A stretch of DNA of 64,000 nt. Origin: Acidobacteriota bacterium. GTDB lineage: Bacteria; Acidobacteriota; UBA6911; RPQK01; JADFOI01. Below are positions 61,668-64,000 of the stretch, piece by piece. The notes beneath the pieces were generated by a model. The model made no database searches. It worked only from the letters and a program-made list of their open reading frames with translations, and was not told the DNA's origin. The stretch is from positions 576,001 to 640,000 of the forward strand of contig OY760074.1 in assembly GCA_963663035.1 (NCBI GenBank), read 5' to 3'. How positions within the stretch are numbered: the stretch's first letter is position 1; every line of letters begins with the position of its first letter. The position numbers and the translations under genes were made by a program.

Positions 61668-61878
61668 AGCCGGTATTATGCATAAATTATCTACTGCAGT
61701 GCCGCAATCATCCACGCTGACTGCGTTGTGCGACCCGCAAGCGGGTACCCCTTGGGCTCCTCGGCGTACTGCATGAGTACGCCTGCGGGGCCCGACCCGC
61801 AAGCGGGTACCCCTTGCACGCCTTGTCATCGTGGCGCCAGCGGCACTTCGTCACGAAAACCTATGCATAATCCCGGCT
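61668..61878 (-). mobile_element. MITE-like element, TIR type B variant
   Basis: AGCCGGTATTATGCATA...TATGCATAATCCCGGCT. Confidence 0.82.
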
Positions 61879-61936
61879 GGCTGGTCAGCCCGAAACTGCC
61901 TGTGCTATCATTCCCAGCGCCTTCCGGGAGGAAACA

Positions 61937-62512
61937 TTGAAACAAAAGTATCTTCGACGGGTAATGACTCCGGAGGAGATGGAGTCGGAACTGTCCAGGA
62001 TTGCAACAGAAATTGCCAAAGAGCATCAAAAGCTCAGCAGCATGGTACTCATTGGAATCCGACGACGAGGTGTTCCACTGGCTCAAAGGCTTCAGAAGAA
62101 AATTGAAAAGCTCTCCAGCGAGAAGATCCCTCTTGGAATCCTCGACATTACCTTTTATCGAGACGACCTCTCCCTGGTGGCGAATCAGCCCATTGTGGAG
62201 GGGTCGCTGCTGGATTTTGATCTGACCGATAAGGATGTGCTTTTGATCGATGACGTTCTGTACACGGGGCGTACCACTCGAGCTGCTCTGGAAAGTGTCC
62301 TGGACTACGGACGCCCCAGGCGGATCGAACTGGTAGTCCTCATTGATCGTGGCCATAGAGAATTGCCTATTCAAGCCGATTACGTCGGAAAGTCTGTGGA
62401 GACTACTGAAAAAGAGATGGTTGAGGTTCTTGTCTCATCCATTGATGGAGAAGAAGGTGCTGTTGTTACAACCAAGGAACTCTTGAGGAAAGGCGAAACA
62501 GCTGACAGTTAA
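61937..62512 (+). CDS. pyrR: PyrR / uracil phosphoribosyltransferase
   Basis: LDITFYRDDL, DDVLYTGRT, DRGHRELPIQADYVG. Confidence 0.95.
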   Translation: MKQKYLRRVMTPEEMESELSRIATEIAKEHQKLSSMVLIGIRRRGVPLAQRLQKKIEKLSSEKIPLGILDITFYRDDLSLVANQPIVEGSLLDFDLTDKDVLLIDDVLYTGRTTRAALESVLDYGRPRRIELVVLIDRGHRELPIQADYVGKSVETTEKEMVEVLVSSIDGEEGAVVTTKELLRKGETADS

Positions 62513-62515
62513 ATC

Positions 62516-63454
62516 ATGCCTTTGCGCGAGAAACATCTACTGGGGATTGAAGAACTTACACTCGATGAAATCGAATTAATCCTGAATACCTCCCGAAGTT
62601 TCAGGGAAATTTCCACCCGACCGATCAAAAAAGTTCCCACTCTCCGCGGGAAATCCCTCATCAATCTGTTCTATGAGCCGTCGACCCGGACTCGATCGTC
62701 GTTCGAGATTGCTGCCAAGCGCCTGGGTGCGGACTCCATCAACGTCAACGTCTCCCTGAGCAGCGTAACCAAGGGAGAGTCGTTAATCGATACTGGGAAG
62801 AATTTGCAGTCCATGAATCCCGATATCATCGCACTTCGTCACAGCTCAGCGGGGGCGCCTCATCTCTTGGCTCAGTACTGTGAGTCTGTCTGCATTGTCA
62901 ACGCCGGTGATGGAATGCACGAGCACCCGACGCAGGCACTATTGGATGCTCTCACCATATTGGATCATAAGAAGGAGCTTGAGGGCCTCAAAGTAGCCAT
63001 CGTGGGCGATATTGCGCACAGCCGCGTGGCGCGATCCAATGCCCTCCTTTTAGGAAAGATGGAGGCCGATGTCTGGGTCTGTGGCCCGCCCACTCTCATC
63101 CCAATGGAGTTTGAAAGTTTCGGGGTGAAGGTGACCTATCACATGAAGGAAGCGCTCGAGGGTGCAGATGTCATCATGATGTTGCGGACGCAACGAGAAC
63201 GGCAGAGTGATGTCTTCTTCCCCTCTGTTAAAGAGTATTTCGCCCTCTACGGTCTCGACACGAAAAAGATGGGGTGGGCCCGGAGTAACGCCATTGTGAT
63301 GCATCCGGGACCCATCAACCGCGGTGTTGAGATTGATCCTGAACTTGCCGAAGCAGGATACTCGGTCATTTTCGAACAGGTCGCTAATGGTGTGGCGGTC
63401 CGCATGGCGGTTCTCTACCTCTTACTGGGTGCCAGCGAGGAACCCGGCCTATGA
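62516..63454 (+). CDS. pyrB: Aspartate carbamoyltransferase catalytic subunit
   Basis: [24 protein letters not shown]. Confidence 0.96.
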   Translation: MPLREKHLLGIEELTLDEIELILNTSRSFREISTRPIKKVPTLRGKSLINLFYEPSTRTRSSFEIAAKRLGADSINVNVSLSSVTKGESLIDTGKNLQSMNPDIIALRHSSAGAPHLLAQYCESVCIVNAGDGMHEHPTQALLDALTILDHKKELEGLKVAIVGDIAHSRVARSNALLLGKMEADVWVCGPPTLIPMEFESFGVKVTYHMKEALEGADVIMMLRTQRERQSDVFFPSVKEYFALYGLDTKKMGWARSNAIVMHPGPINRGVEIDPELAEAGYSVIFEQVANGVAVRMAVLYLLLGASEEPGL

Positions 63455-64000
63455 CACTGTTATTGAAAGGTGGAAGGGTTGTCGACCCGAGCCAGAAGCT
63501 GGAAAAAAAGGTGGATCTGCTGGTGGAAAAGGGAAAAGTCGCCGGCCTCGGTAAAATTCAGGCCAAGAAGACTTGGCAAGTGATCGATGCCTCCGGATGG
63601 ATCGTAGCGCCTGGCTTCGTCGACATGCATGTCCATTTGCGAGAGCCGGGACGCGAGGACAAGGAAACGATTCTCAGCGGAAGCAAAGCGGCCGCAGCTG
63701 GAGGATTCTCCAGCATCACGTGCATGCCCAACACCCAGCCCGTGAATGATAGTGAGGCTATCACACGATTTATCTTGGAGCGCGCTGATCGGGCTGGTTT
63801 GGTGAACGTCTTTCCTGCCGGGGCCATCACCAAAGGGCTACAAGGGAAAGAACTGGCCGAAATTGGAGAAATGGTAAAGGCCGGAGTGGTTGCCATTACC
63901 GATGACGGAAAGTCGGTTGAAAACAATCAGATCATGCGCCGGGCTTTAGAGTATGCCAAGATCTTCGATATACCCATTATCGATCATTGTGAGGATCGAC
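63451..64000 (+). CDS. pyrC: Dihydroorotase (3'-partial)
   Basis: [13 protein letters not shown]...[14 protein letters not shown]...[12 protein letters not shown]. Confidence 0.93.
   Translation, partial: MTLLLKGGRVVDPSQKLEKKVDLLVEKGKVAGLGKIQAKKTWQVIDASGWIVAPGFVDMHVHLREPGREDKETILSGSKAAAAGGFSSITCMPNTQPVNDSEAITRFILERADRAGLVNVFPAGAITKGLQGKELAEIGEMVKAGVVAITDDGKSVENNQIMRRALEYAKIFDIPIIDHCEDR

Overview
64-kb stretch of a moderately GC-rich bacterial chromosome. Gene content (MoxR/DUF58/transglutaminase, TPR-rich proteins, CHAT/ECF cluster, LPS heptose genes) suggests a diderm such as an Acidobacterium, which is inference only. Most of it is housekeeping: hpt, rimO, pgpA-cinA-thpR, heptosyltransferase-hldA, murA/murB, ilvB, aguAB, ribA, recG, rsmD, coaD, pyrF and pyrR-pyrB-pyrC. 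Mobile DNA comprises two apparently identical 1267-bp IS3-family elements (one splits rimO) and a tandem pair of IS256-family elements. A signalling-rich region (47-57 kb) encodes an FHA-EAL protein, a Ser/Thr kinase and an ECF sigma/zinc anti-sigma/CHAT protease operon. The most striking unexplained signal is intergenic: at least eight 120-280 bp palindromic MITE-like elements that share a structured core, use different terminal inverted repeats, show compensatory base changes between copies, sometimes carry REP doublets and often abut stop codons. There are also three REP-like families, heptamer arrays and many apparently leaderless genes. Several frameshifts and ~150-bp duplications look like assembly errors, so pseudogene calls are tentative. 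I saw no rRNA, tRNA or CRISPR array.
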